Shown: piece after piece, positions 38,356 to 48,711 of the stretch
Position numbering within the stretch: position 1 is the first letter of the stretch
How the letters are laid out: each line of letters begins with the position of its first letter
The notes under the pieces: generated by a model
Databases searched by the model: none
What the model saw: the letters and a program-made list of their open reading frames with translations, nothing else
Told to the model about the DNA's origin: nothing
DNA from: an uncultured delta proteobacterium
GTDB lineage: Bacteria > Desulfobacterota > Binatia > DP-6
Assembly (NCBI GenBank): GCA_963815115.1
Contig: CAWFFN010000009.1
Coordinates: 96,001 to 160,000, forward strand
Reading direction: 5' to 3'
DNA: 64,000 nt
Made by a program: the position numbers and the translations under genes

Positions 38356-39516
38356 TCACTGCGCGTCGAGCGGCGCCGGCGGTGCGCCTGCCGCCTGATC
38401 GGCGTCGGACGGAGGCGGGAGCTGCTCCTCCTGGGCCTCGACGACGGCGTCCGGCCGCGCCCGCTGTATGCCCTTCACGATCACCCGGTCGGTAGGCGTG
38501 AGACCCTCGCGGACGACGCGCAGCCCGTCGTGCAGCGAGCCGACCGTGATCTTCCGGTAGTGGACCCTGTCGTCGCCGTCGACCACCCAGACGAATTTCT
38601 CGGCCTGGTCGCTCTGCACCGCGTCGTCGGGGACGAGGAGCGCCTTGTAGTGCCCGCTGCCGATCAGCCGGAGCCGGACGAAGAGGCCGGGCGCGAGCAG
38701 CCCGTCGGAGTTGGGGATGATGGCGCGTCCCTGGATCGTCCCGGTGCCGCGGTCGATCTGGTTGTCGACGAAGTCCATGTACCCCTGGTGCGGGAAGCCC
38801 TTCTCGTCGGCCAGCCCCACCTGCACCGGGTTCTTGTAGTCGCGCGAGCTGGGTCGCTCGCCCGACTTGGCGAGACGGACGTACTTCAGGTAGTCGCGCT
38901 CGTTGGCCTCGAAGTAGACGTACAGGGGATCGAGCGAGACGATGGTGGTGAGGAGCGTGCCCTGGGTGCCCACGCCGCCGTTGATCAGGTTGCCCTCGGT
39001 CACGAGCTTGCGGCTGACGCGGCCGCTCACCGGCGCCGTGACCCGGGTGAACTCGACGTCGAGCCTGGCGGCATCGACGGCGGCCTGCGACGTCGCCACC
39101 CCCGCCTCTGCCTGGCGGACGAAGGCCGCGCGGGTCTCGGCCTCTTCCTTGGACATCGCGTTGCTCTTCACCAGGTACTGGGCCCTGGCGAGGTTCTTCT
39201 GCGCGAGGTCCAGGCGGGACTTCGCGAGCGCGAGATCACCCTCCGCCCGGCGGAGCTGGGCCTCGTAGGGGCGCGGATCGATGAGGAAGAGCAGCTCGCC
39301 CTTCTTCACCACCGAGCCCTCGCGGAAGTGCACCGACTCGAGGTAGCCGCTCACCCGCGCCCGGACCTCGACCGAATCGATCGCCTCGAGGCGCGCGGTG
39401 TATTCGTCCCAGTCGGTGAGCTGGCGCTCGACCGGGTGTGCCACGGTCACCTTCGCAGGCGGGGGCGTCGTCTCCGTGGCCCGGTTGCAGGCGGCGAGCG
39501 CAAGGAGGCACAGCAC
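38356..39516 (-). CDS. RND membrane fusion protein (true start probably further upstream)
   Basis: LAAC lipobox, VEVRARVSGYL, APVSGRVS. Confidence 0.93.
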   Translation of the reverse strand: MLCLLALAACNRATETTPPPAKVTVAHPVERQLTDWDEYTARLEAIDSVEVRARVSGYLESVHFREGSVVKKGELLFLIDPRPYEAQLRRAEGDLALAKSRLDLAQKNLARAQYLVKSNAMSKEEAETRAAFVRQAEAGVATSQAAVDAARLDVEFTRVTAPVSGRVSRKLVTEGNLINGGVGTQGTLLTTIVSLDPLYVYFEANERDYLKYVRLAKSGERPSSRDYKNPVQVGLADEKGFPHQGYMDFVDNQIDRGTGTIQGRAIIPNSDGLLAPGLFVRLRLIGSGHYKALLVPDDAVQSDQAEKFVWVVDGDDRVHYRKITVGSLHDGLRVVREGLTPTDRVIVKGIQRARPDAVVEAQEEQLPPPSDADQAAGAPPAPLDAQ

Positions 39517-39661
39517 CGTCGTGAGTACTCCGGGAACTGCGGCGGCCAGTCGGATCCTGCGGAGCCGGGGGGGGGAACGAGCGTCGACAATCGTGCGCGG
39601 ATTGGGGTTCGGTATATGTGCGCGACAAATTGTTGCAAGTCCCTTGCGCTATGGCCCTTGC

Positions 39662-40507
39662 TCATTCGCCCGCGTTCGAGAACAGGATGTCCACGACGTC
39701 GCACAGCGGCTCGTATCCGATCCGGGCGTAGATCGCGTTCGACGTGGGATTCGCGAGGTCGGTGTAGAGGAAGCAGGACCGCCGCCCGGCACGCAGGAGG
39801 TGGTCGCTCAACGCGGCCACGGCCGCGGTCGCGTACCCCCTGCTGCGCTGTGACGGGGGCGTGTAGACATAGCCCACCCGGACGCCGTTCGGCGTTCGGG
39901 CCGACGCTGCGGCCATCGAGCGGGGCTCGCCGTCCGTCCAGAGGTGCACCGCCCGATCGTGAAGCAGCTCTTCGGCCCTGCGGCGCAGATCGCCCGCATC
40001 GCTGGCGGTCTCGGCGGCGAACGCGCCCAGCCAGTCGACGAGCAGGGGAATATCGGCTTCGGTCGCCGGGCGCAGTGTGCCGCTCGGCACCCGGCTCGGA
40101 ACCGTCACGCGGGTGAGCGCGTGGATCCGTTGACGTGTGCCGAACCTCACCGGGCACCCGGTTCGTCGACCCCACAGCTCGGCGAAACGCGCCGCCTCCT
40201 CTTCCGGTCCGAGGACGGCCGGAAGCGAGGCGTACACGCCGGCGACGTGCTCCGCGACCAGCTCCACCCCCGCCCGCGGCATGCGGGTGAGTCCGAGCTT
40301 GAAGGGCGGCGTCCGGAACGCGCAGCCGGCGACCTCGCCATCGATGTCGATCGACACCAGGTAGATCGGCTGCTGGAACGCGTGGTCGCCCGAGATCAGC
40401 TTCGGCAGGAGGCCGAGGAGGAGGTTGTGCTCGGCTTCCCGGCGCAGGAGCCACGGCTCGGCGCAGGCGGCGAAGCTCGCGGCGTCTGGATACTCCCGGA
40501 CGTGCAT
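39662..40507 (-). CDS. GNAT-family acetyltransferase
   Basis: VYTPPSQRSRGYA, LYTDLANPTSNAIYARIGY. Confidence 0.9.
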   Translation of the reverse strand: MHVREYPDAASFAACAEPWLLRREAEHNLLLGLLPKLISGDHAFQQPIYLVSIDIDGEVAGCAFRTPPFKLGLTRMPRAGVELVAEHVAGVYASLPAVLGPEEEAARFAELWGRRTGCPVRFGTRQRIHALTRVTVPSRVPSGTLRPATEADIPLLVDWLGAFAAETASDAGDLRRRAEELLHDRAVHLWTDGEPRSMAAASARTPNGVRVGYVYTPPSQRSRGYATAAVAALSDHLLRAGRRSCFLYTDLANPTSNAIYARIGYEPLCDVVDILFSNAGE

Positions 40508-40524
40508 GGCTTCGCATCCGGAGG

Positions 40525-41025
40525 TCAGAGATAGCCGAACGCCTTCAGCCGCTTGATGACCTCGCGCTCCTCGAGCGCGGAGTAGGCGGCGGTGCCGACC
40601 TGCGCCTCGAGGAAGCCGAGCAGCTCCATGGTGCGGAGCACGCGGTCTGCTGCGTTGCCGGTACCGAGCTCGGGTACCGCCACCTCGACCTCGGCACGCA
40701 GCGGCGGCTCGTAGGCGGCGCCCGCGCAACCCGACGACGGCACGTACACCTCGATCAACCGCCCGAGCGCCGTGCGCGCGCGATCGCGCGCCGCTCGCGA
40801 CGGGGTCGGCAGCGCCACGACGGTGACCACGCCGTGACGCGCCAGCACGCCGGCGACGAACGTCGCCGTTCCCTCCGTGCGCAGCGCCTCGGCGCCGGGC
40901 GTCCGGGAGTCGATCAGCTCGGTGGGCGTTCCCCGGCCGCGCAACCGGCCGTCGATCTCGAGCGCGACGCGCTCGACGACGGACGCCTCGGGCCCCGTCA
41001 CGAGCACCGTGAAGCCATCGCTCAT
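40525..41025 (-). CDS. APS kinase (CysC)-like protein with degenerate P-loop
   Basis: GFTVLVTG, LARHGVVTVV, IEVYV, YEPP, YS..EEREVIKRLKAFGYL; GPEASVVER in place of GxxGxGKST. Confidence 0.65.
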   Translation of the reverse strand: MSDGFTVLVTGPEASVVERVALEIDGRLRGRGTPTELIDSRTPGAEALRTEGTATFVAGVLARHGVVTVVALPTPSRAARDRARTALGRLIEVYVPSSGCAGAAYEPPLRAEVEVAVPELGTGNAADRVLRTMELLGFLEAQVGTAAYSALEEREVIKRLKAFGYL

Positions 41026-41912
41026 GCGCCCTCCGCCGCGCCGGGGAAGCGGCCGGGCCGGAAGATGACCTTCTTCTCCTTCACCACCAGCTGGTCGTTC
41101 AGGAAGAGCTGGACGGCCTGGGACAGCACCTTGCCCTCGAGCGCCTGGCCGCGCGCCTTCACCTCGTCGAGCGTGTCCTCGCCGACGCGGATGTGGAAGA
41201 CGTCCTGCAGGATCACGGGTCCGGCGTCGAGCTGCTCGGTGACGAAGTGTGCGGTGCAACCCGAGACGCGCACGCCCTCCTCCCACGCCTGCTTGTAGGC
41301 GTTCGATCCCGGGTGGTACGGCAGCAGCGAGGGGTGGATGTTGATGATGCGGAAGGGATAGCGCTCGATGACCTTCGGCGTCAGCACCTGCATGTAACGC
41401 GCGAGGACGACGAGGTCGGGCTTGGCCGCGCCGAGGCGCTCGAGCAGGAAGTCGAAGTGGGCGGTCTTGTCGGCGGAGGAGCTCCATGCGAACGGGATGC
41501 CCGCTTCGCGCGCGACGCTCTCCAGCACGTCGTGGTTGGACAGCACCAGGGCGAGCTCGCCGTTCAGCAGGCCCGCGTCACGGTCGCGCACGAGCTGCTC
41601 GAGGCAGTGGGCCTCTCTGGTGACCAGCACGGCGACCCGCTTCGGCTCGGCGGTGCCTCCGGCGAGCCGCAGCTTCACCTCCATGTTGATCTCGGCGCCG
41701 ATGAGCCTGAGCCCGTCGACCAGCTCGTCGAGCGTGCAGCTCAGCTCGGTGAGGTCGACCAGCATGGTCATGATGAAGAGCCCTTCCATGACCTTCTGCT
41801 CGATGTCCTCGATGTTGATGTCGCAGCCGGCGAGATAGGTGGAGACGCGGGCGACCACGCCCTTCTGGTCGCGGCCGATGACGGACACGACGGCGCGGTT
41901 CCGACCCGTCAT
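41022..41912 (-). CDS. purU: Formyltetrahydrofolate deformylase
   Basis: N-terminal ACT domain, LVVLARYMQVL, IINIHPSLLP, TAHFVTEQLDAGPVI. Confidence 0.9.
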   Translation of the reverse strand: MTGRNRAVVSVIGRDQKGVVARVSTYLAGCDINIEDIEQKVMEGLFIMTMLVDLTELSCTLDELVDGLRLIGAEINMEVKLRLAGGTAEPKRVAVLVTREAHCLEQLVRDRDAGLLNGELALVLSNHDVLESVAREAGIPFAWSSSADKTAHFDFLLERLGAAKPDLVVLARYMQVLTPKVIERYPFRIINIHPSLLPYHPGSNAYKQAWEEGVRVSGCTAHFVTEQLDAGPVILQDVFHIRVGEDTLDEVKARGQALEGKVLSQAVQLFLNDQLVVKEKKVIFRPGRFPGAAEGA

Positions 41913-44311
41913 GGCCGCGAGCTTAGCGGCGCGCGTGGCGCGGGGGCAAGCTGGGTGGGCCCCGCGATCACACCCCCGGCGTGCAGCGCGGCGATCTCGT
42001 GAGGCTCGAGGCCAAGCACCTCCGCGAGCACGGCGTCGCCGTGCTCGCCGAGGAGCGGGCCCGGACCCCGCACCGCCGCCGGCGTCCCGGAGAGCAGGAA
42101 CGCCGGGCCATCGAGGCGGACCGTCGTGCCTCTGGGCGTCGGCACGTCCACGAAGTGCCCGCGCGCGCGGAGCTGGGGATCGCCGGCGCAGAGCTCGGCG
42201 GCGTTCGCCACCCGACCCGCCGCCACGCCGGCCGCCTGCAGGCGCTCCATGGCCACGTCCGCCGGCAGCGTCCGGGTCCAGGAGGCGACGTGGCGGTCGA
42301 GCTCCGTCGCGTGCGTGCCGCGTCCAGCGTGCGTGGCGAAGCGAGGATCGTCCGCCCACGCAGGATCGCCCGCCACGCGGACGAAGCGCGCCCAGCCGGC
42401 GTCGTCGAAGACGGCGATCGCGATCCAGCGATCGTCACCCGCGGACGGGTAGACTCCGTGCGGCGCGCCGGGTGCTTCCTGCGACGCATTGCCGACGGCG
42501 CTGGAGACGCCGCCGGCGACGGCGCGTTCGAGGAGCAGCGGGCCGAGCAGGCTCGCGACCGCCTCCTGCTGCGCCAGGTCGATCAAGGCGCCGGTTCCGG
42601 TGCGCCGCCGGTGCCAGAGCGCCAGAAGGACGGCGAGCGCCCCGAGATTGCCGGCCGCCAGGTCGGAGTAGGAATAGCCGAAGCCGGCGGGCGGCCGTCC
42701 CGGCTCTCCCATGAGGAGCGTGTAGCCGGTGAGCGCCTGCAGCGTCGGGCCGTAGCTCACCTTGTCACGATCGGGCCCGGTGAGGCCGTATCCCGTCATG
42801 CGCGCGCAGATCAGGTCGGGCCGCTCGGTTCGAAGCGTCGCGTGATCCAGACCCAGGTTGGACATGACGCGCGCGCTGAAGTTGTCGATGACGACGTCGG
42901 AGGCCAGCGCGAGCCGGCGAGCGAGCGCGACGCCGCGCGCGTCGCCGAGGTTCAGCACGACGCTTCGCTTGCCGCGCATGAGGGTGCCCGAGAGACCGCC
43001 CCGGCGGTTGCCGAAGTCGACGGCGTTGCGCCGCTCCACCTTGATGACGTCGGCGCCGAGGTCGGCGAGGATGCGCGTCGCGACCGGCCCGGCCACCACC
43101 CACGTGAAGTCGAGGACGCGGATTCCCGCGAGCGGGGGAGTGCCGGGGCTGGCAGACTGGCTCGCGCGCGCAGGCTCGCCGGCGGGCCACGTACCCAGGA
43201 CCGCTTCGCGATCCGCGTCGAGGCGCGGCGGCGCCGTGACGTGCCAGGGCAGATCGTCGATCCGGAAGGGCACGCCCGGAAAGCGTACCGTGCGTCCGAG
43301 GCCGGGATGCTCGATCGGGACGAAGAATCCGCGCTCGGCGAGGTGCGGATCGGACAGCAGCGCCTCGGGGGCACGAACGGCCGCGTACGGGATGCGGCGC
43401 AGCTGCGCGCCCTCGTAGAGCTCGGCGACCGTGTAGCGGGCGCCCCAGGCGTCGAGGACGGAAAAGATGCGCTCCGCCTGCTTCTGGCGCGCCATGGGCT
43501 CCTCCAGCGCCGGATCGTCGATCTCCGCGCCGAAGCCGTCCGCCTTCACCCACTCGATGAGCGAGGTCCAGTCGCCGAGCGTGCAGTGCATGACCCAGCC
43601 GTCCTTGCAGCGTCCGAGGCGGAAGAAGCGGGTCCAGTGCAGCGTGCCCTGGCGCCTGGCGACCAGGCCGGACTGGTGGAAGAGGCCGGGCACGTGCTCG
43701 AGCGAGCCCGCGACCGCCGCCTGCAGGCTGACGTCGACGTGCTGGCCGCGCCCCGTCTGCTCCCGCGAGAGAAGCGCTGCGACGATGCCGGTGGCGGCGA
43801 AGACGCCCGCCTGGTGGTACGCCTGCAACCCGAGCGATTGCAGCGGCGGCCCGTCGGCATGGCCGTTGACGGCGAGCATGCCGCCGACCGCCTGCGCCAC
43901 CAGGTCGGAAGCGTGCCAGTCGCGGTACGGTCCGCTCTGGCCGAACGGCGTGATCGAGGCGACGATCAGCCGCGGATGCCGCTCGCACAACGCGGCGGTG
44001 CCACCCGGCGGGCCGGTGTCGATGAGCACGTCCGCGCGGCCGGCGAGGTCGTCCAGGAGCGCGGCGCCGTCCGGCGTCGTGGGGTCGCAGAGCACGCTGC
44101 GCTTGCCCGCAGCGTAGAACCAGAAGAACAGACTCCGGTCCGGGGCGGAGACATTCTCCATGAACGGGGGGATGGTGCGCAGCGCGCTGCCGCCCGGCCG
44201 CTCGAGCAGCACGACGTCGGCACCGAGCCCCGCCAGCAGCCTGCCCGCGAGCGCCCCCGACTGATCGGCCAGGTCGAGCACACGCAGCCCAGTCAGGACC
44301 CCCGGCGTCAC
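41909..44311 (-). CDS. Double-domain CaiB/BaiF family III CoA-transferase
   Basis: Two repeats of L.G.RVLD..LA.LGADV..GKRSV. Confidence 0.92.
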   Translation of the reverse strand: MTPGVLTGLRVLDLADQSGALAGRLLAGLGADVVLLERPGGSALRTIPPFMENVSAPDRSLFFWFYAAGKRSVLCDPTTPDGAALLDDLAGRADVLIDTGPPGGTAALCERHPRLIVASITPFGQSGPYRDWHASDLVAQAVGGMLAVNGHADGPPLQSLGLQAYHQAGVFAATGIVAALLSREQTGRGQHVDVSLQAAVAGSLEHVPGLFHQSGLVARRQGTLHWTRFFRLGRCKDGWVMHCTLGDWTSLIEWVKADGFGAEIDDPALEEPMARQKQAERIFSVLDAWGARYTVAELYEGAQLRRIPYAAVRAPEALLSDPHLAERGFFVPIEHPGLGRTVRFPGVPFRIDDLPWHVTAPPRLDADREAVLGTWPAGEPARASQSASPGTPPLAGIRVLDFTWVVAGPVATRILADLGADVIKVERRNAVDFGNRRGGLSGTLMRGKRSVVLNLGDARGVALARRLALASDVVIDNFSARVMSNLGLDHATLRTERPDLICARMTGYGLTGPDRDKVSYGPTLQALTGYTLLMGEPGRPPAGFGYSYSDLAAGNLGALAVLLALWHRRRTGTGALIDLAQQEAVASLLGPLLLERAVAGGVSSAVGNASQEAPGAPHGVYPSAGDDRWIAIAVFDDAGWARFVRVAGDPAWADDPRFATHAGRGTHATELDRHVASWTRTLPADVAMERLQAAGVAAGRVANAAELCAGDPQLRARGHFVDVPTPRGTTVRLDGPAFLLSGTPAAVRGPGPLLGEHGDAVLAEVLGLEPHEIAALHAGGVIAGPTQLAPAPRAPLSSRP

Positions 44312-45823
44312 AGCGTGATGAAGAGCTCGCGGACCGCGTCGTCGGTGAGCTGGGAGACGCTCGTCACCCGGTCGCTCAGCTGGGCGAGCGTCGCGGAGCT
44401 GCTCGAGCCGACGTCGATCAGGATCGAGAACAGCGAGAAATCGAGGCGGCGCTTCTCGCGCTCGAAGTGCTCGAGCCAGGCGGGCTGCACCTGACACTCG
44501 CCGTCGGTGATCAGCACCACGTCGCCCCGGCGATAGCGAGCCGCGGCCAGGGTGTCGAGCGCCGCGTCGAGCGGCGTCTCGAAGTCGGTGCCACCGCCCG
44601 GGAAGTACTCCGCGACGTCCAGGGCACGGTCCTCCCGGACCATGTGGTGCTCCCGCGGGTTCAAATCGAGCGTGAAGAGCGGCGTGTCGGCGGAGGAGAA
44701 GCAGACGAAGCGGAAGAGCCGGCGTTGCCGGCGCGCGATCTCGAGGAGCGTCAGCGCGACGGCCTTCGACCAGATCTCCTTCTCGCCCGCCATGGACGAC
44801 GACCCGTCCAGGCACACGATCATCGGACCGCGACCCCGGTCGTCGGCACCGCGGAGCCGATAGGTGAGGAGCTGTCCCTCGGCGAGCCGGCGCATGAGAT
44901 CCTTGCGCAGCGACGGATGGCGCAGCGCCAGCAGCTCGGGGGGCAGGAGGCGGTCGAGCGAGCCGCCCATCTCGACGGCGTACACCTCCTCGCTGGTGCG
45001 CTCGAGGCTGCGGCGGCGGAGCGCGAGCGCCTGGGCCCGCATGCGACCCACCAGCGCCGCCAGGCGGCGCAGCTTGGGATTGGTGGCGAGCCGCCGGCCG
45101 AGCTCGACCTGCCGTCCGGGGGAGTGCCTGCCACCCGCGCCCAGGCCGGCGCCCCAGCTCCGGGCCTCGGCGGTGGTCTCGGACAGCTCGCGCCGCAGGC
45201 CGGCCACGCCCGCCGGCACCGCGGCCCGGGCCCGCGAGGGGATCTCCGCCAGCCGCTCGGCGACGCGCGCGGCCTTCTGACGCAGCTCGCCCTGTGCGAC
45301 CTGCGCAGCCCGCTCGGCCTCGGCGCGCGTCTCCGGTGAGACGTCCGAGCCGTTCCAGATCCGCGAGCTCTTCGCCGCGGCGTCGCAGCTCGTCCTCGTG
45401 ACGTTCGAGGTCCCAGAGGTCGAGCAGGTCGCCGCGCGTGAGCAGGCGTTCCTCGCGCAGGAGCCCGATGATGTGCTCGCCGAGCAGCAGGGCACCCAGC
45501 CCCGCCTTGACCTCGTCGAGCTGGCTCTCGGCACGGACCGACTCGAGCAGCGGGTGGTCCCGGAGCCCGGCGAGCAGCTCGCCGTTGAGCGCCGCAGCCC
45601 CGGCCACCTCCTCGGTGTGGCGCCAGCGGGGCTCGAGCTTGTAGAGCAGGCAGAAGAGGTCCTCCAGCAGCTCGCGAGCGTGCGGCACGAGAGCCGCGCC
45701 GCGCTCGAGGAGCGCCGCCAGCGACGGCGTCTCCGCGACCAGCGACTCGAAGGTGCTGCGGTCGAAGGCGTCGCTCTCGATCCAGCAGTGCTGGCGGGGC
45801 GGGATGAGGATGGTCCGAGCCAT
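44308..45823 (-). CDS. VWA-domain partner of RavA/MoxR (ViaA-like); frameshift near 45345
   Basis: GPMIVCLDGSSSM MIDAS, GGGTDF, VLITDGE; N-terminus lies in a different frame. Confidence 0.85.
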
Positions 45824-45827
45824 GCGG

Positions 45828-46949
45828 CTACAGGCGGGCGAGCATCTCCTGCTCGATGCCGGCGATCTCGCGGCGCAGCGACTCGACCGTCTGGGTGGGA
45901 CGTCCACCCCGGCGCGCCGCGGCGAGGATGTCGTCGACCTTGTCGAGGACGGTGCGCAGCTTGGTGTGCGCCTCGAGCGCGGCCCGGTTGCGCAGGCGCG
46001 GCTCGTCCCACTCCCGGAGCGCGTAGTCCCGTAGCTCGCGCGACTGGTAGAGGAGCACCCGCACCTCGTCCTCGTAGCCGTGAAGGAGCTCGCGGATCAC
46101 CTCGCGCACGGTCTGGCGCTCGGCCGGGTCGCGCCACAGGACGTGCTCCAGGAAGGCGACGTCGCGGTCGCCGACGCCGTCGCGACCGTCCAGCCACGCA
46201 TGCGCCCGCAGCACGCCGATCGACTGCGCCCAGCGCCGGTCGGAGGCCACGACCGCGCGCCGGCCGAGCTCGCGTCGCAGATCGGCGACCGCGCGCAGCA
46301 CCTCGCCCGGCACCGTCACCGCCGCCACCCCGGCGCGCGCGTCCTCGAGGTCCGCGAGCGACAGCGTCGTGCGGGCCGCCGGCGGCTGGGCCTGGAGGAG
46401 CTTCAGGAAGCGGAAGTCCTCGCCCAGGTAGTCGACCACGAAGCGCAGCAGGAAACGGTCGTTCAGGGCGAGCAGCTCGTCGTCCTCGGGCAGCTCGTTG
46501 GACGCCCCGAAGAGCGTGAGGAGGGGAACGGGCGTGACTTCGCGCCCGTTGTGGAAGCGGCGCTCGTGCATCAGCGTGAGGACGGTGTTCAGGATCGACG
46601 AGCTGGCCTTGAACACCTCGTCGAGGAACGCGATGTGCGCCTCGGGCAGCTTGTGGGTGGTGAGGCGCCGGTAGTCGTCGGCCTCGAGCGCCTTCAGGCT
46701 GATGGCGCCGAACAGCTCCTCGGGCGTGGTGAAGCGGGTCAGCAGCCACTGGAAGTAGCGCGCACCGGTGATGCGCCGGCACACCTCGTCCGCGAGCATC
46801 GACTTGGCGGTGCCCGGCGGCCCGATGACGAGCACGTGCTGTCCCGCGAGGAGGCCGATCAGGGCGCCGTCGATCAGCTCGGCGCGCTCGAGGAAGAGCT
46901 GGCGCAGCTCGTCCCGGATGGTGCGCAGCAGGTCCCGCGGTGCCGACAC
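45828..46949 (-). CDS. RavA/MoxR-family AAA+ ATPase
   Basis: GPPGTAKS, LLTRFTTPEELFG, FLDEVFKASSSILN, ASNELP. Confidence 0.93.
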   Translation of the reverse strand: MSAPRDLLRTIRDELRQLFLERAELIDGALIGLLAGQHVLVIGPPGTAKSMLADEVCRRITGARYFQWLLTRFTTPEELFGAISLKALEADDYRRLTTHKLPEAHIAFLDEVFKASSSILNTVLTLMHERRFHNGREVTPVPLLTLFGASNELPEDDELLALNDRFLLRFVVDYLGEDFRFLKLLQAQPPAARTTLSLADLEDARAGVAAVTVPGEVLRAVADLRRELGRRAVVASDRRWAQSIGVLRAHAWLDGRDGVGDRDVAFLEHVLWRDPAERQTVREVIRELLHGYEDEVRVLLYQSRELRDYALREWDEPRLRNRAALEAHTKLRTVLDKVDDILAAARRGGRPTQTVESLRREIAGIEQEMLARL

Positions 46950-47016
46950 CTGGCGAGGATAGGGCCCGTCGCTCCGGGCCGCAACCCGCGCGACCCGCTC
47001 GGTCACCCTGTTGCAT

Positions 47017-47040
47017 TCACGTAACCAGTCGGTTACGTGA
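47017..47040. promoter_or_regulatory. Putative ArsR operator
   Basis: Perfect TCACGTAACC-AGTC-GGTTACGTGA immediately upstream of the ArsR ATG. Confidence 0.8.
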
Positions 47041-47046
47041 CGCGAC

Positions 47047-47388
47047 ATGGCAGCCAGGGCGAACGTCGCGCTCGACCGCACCTTCGCGGCTCTCGCGGAT
47101 CCGACTCGGCGCATGCTGATCGAGCGCATCGGCCGCAAGCCGCACCGGGCCGGCGACCTGTGCCGGGGGCTGTCGATCTCGCGACCGGCCGTGTCGAAGC
47201 ACCTGCGCGTCCTGCGCGACGCCGGCCTCGTCGCCTCGGACGCGCGCGGTCGTGAGATGGTCTACCGGCTGTCGCCGGCGTCGCCCGGCATGGTGGCGGC
47301 GCGCGCGTACGTGGACCGCGTGAGCCGGCTCTGGGACGACGCGCTGGCGGCCTTCAAAGCGTTCGCGGAGCAGGAGGAACGGGAATGA
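47047..47388 (+). CDS. ArsR/SmtB transcriptional regulator
   Basis: FAALADPTRR, ISRPAVSKHLRVLRDAGLV. Confidence 0.93.
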   Translation: MAARANVALDRTFAALADPTRRMLIERIGRKPHRAGDLCRGLSISRPAVSKHLRVLRDAGLVASDARGREMVYRLSPASPGMVAARAYVDRVSRLWDDALAAFKAFAEQEERE

Positions 47389-47810
47389 CGGTCAGGAAGT
47401 CGATCCATGTGAAGCGTTCGGTCGAGGACTCGTTCCGGCTCTTCACGCAGGACATCGGGAAATGGTGGCCGCTGAAGGAGGGTTTCTCCTTCGGAGGCGA
47501 ACGCGCCGACCAGATCCATCTCGAAGCCCGGCAGGGCGGCCGGTTCTTCGAGCGCTACACCGACGGCGAGGAGTACGACGTCGGCACGGTCACCGCCTGC
47601 TCGCCGCCGTCGCGGGTCGTGATCACGTGGAAGGCACCGGACTGGGACGGCCCGACGGAGGTCGAGGTGCGATTCAGCGCCGAGGGCGACGGCACTCGCG
47701 TCGACCTCGAGCACCGCGGCTGGGAGCGCGCCGGCGCCGCCGCGGAGAAGCAGAGCACCGGCTACGGCCAGGGCTGGGATACCGTACTCGCACGCTACGC
47801 GGCCGCCTGA
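47385..47810 (+). CDS. SRPBCC/AHSA1-domain protein
   Basis: PPSRVVITW, TEVEVRF, TRVDLEHRGWE, GW; ATGA overlap with the ArsR gene. Confidence 0.9.
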   Translation: MTVRKSIHVKRSVEDSFRLFTQDIGKWWPLKEGFSFGGERADQIHLEARQGGRFFERYTDGEEYDVGTVTACSPPSRVVITWKAPDWDGPTEVEVRFSAEGDGTRVDLEHRGWERAGAAAEKQSTGYGQGWDTVLARYAAA

Positions 47811-47842
47811 GCCGCCGCTTCGAACCCGAGAGGAGGATCGAG

Positions 47843-48472
47843 ATGAAGCTCCACGTCACCCCGCCGTCGCCGCGCGCCTTCAAGGCCGTGGCGGTCATGC
47901 ACCAGGTCGGAATCGAGGCCGAGCTGGTGTTCGTGAATCTGCTGAACGGCGATCACCTGAAGCCGGAGTTCGCCGCGCTCAACCCCAACCGCAAGATGCC
48001 CGTCCTCGAGGACGACGGCTTCGTGCTCTGGGAGTCGAACGCGATCATGCAGTACCTCGCGTCGAAGAAGCCGGAGTCGGACCTGTGGCCGACCGATCCC
48101 AGGCGGCAGGCCGACGTCAGCCGGTGGCAGTGCTGGGAGCTCGCCCACTGGGAGCGGGCCTGCGGCACGCTGGTCTACGAGAACTTCGTGAGGGGACGCT
48201 TCGGCCGAGGCGGCCCGGATCCGCAGGAGGTGGCGCGTGGCGAGGACGACTTCCACGTGGTGGCGCAGGTGCTGGACCAGCACCTGCGCGGCCGCGATTG
48301 GCTGGTCGGGAACGGCATGACGCTCGCCGACTTCTCCGTCGGCGCCTGGCTGACCTGCGCGGAGATCGGACGCTACCCGCTGGGCGGATACGGTGAGATC
48401 GGGCGCTGGTACCGCCGCCTGGAAGCGCTGCCGGCGTGGCAGAAGTCCATCGTCGCGCCACCGCCGGCATAG
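47843..48472 (+). CDS. Glutathione S-transferase
   Basis: LNPNRKMPVL, WESNAIMQYL, TLADF. Confidence 0.93.
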   Translation: MKLHVTPPSPRAFKAVAVMHQVGIEAELVFVNLLNGDHLKPEFAALNPNRKMPVLEDDGFVLWESNAIMQYLASKKPESDLWPTDPRRQADVSRWQCWELAHWERACGTLVYENFVRGRFGRGGPDPQEVARGEDDFHVVAQVLDQHLRGRDWLVGNGMTLADFSVGAWLTCAEIGRYPLGGYGEIGRWYRRLEALPAWQKSIVAPPPA

Positions 48473-48711
48473 AGGCTCGGCGGTCGCGCGACCGTCCCTT
48501 CAGTCGCTCATGAGCTGCATGCTGGCCGCGACGCCCGGAGCTGGAGCTCGCGAACCTCGCCTCCCAGCATCCGCCGCTCTCGCGCTGGAGCTGCGTCGTG
48601 GCCGGCAGTGAAAACCCGCCGGGTGCCGGCGGAGCGTCGGGTGGCTCGCCGCCAAGTGGAGTAGCGGCGGGCGGTTGTGAGGCGACGGACGGTCGGATAG
48701 ATCGTCCCACC

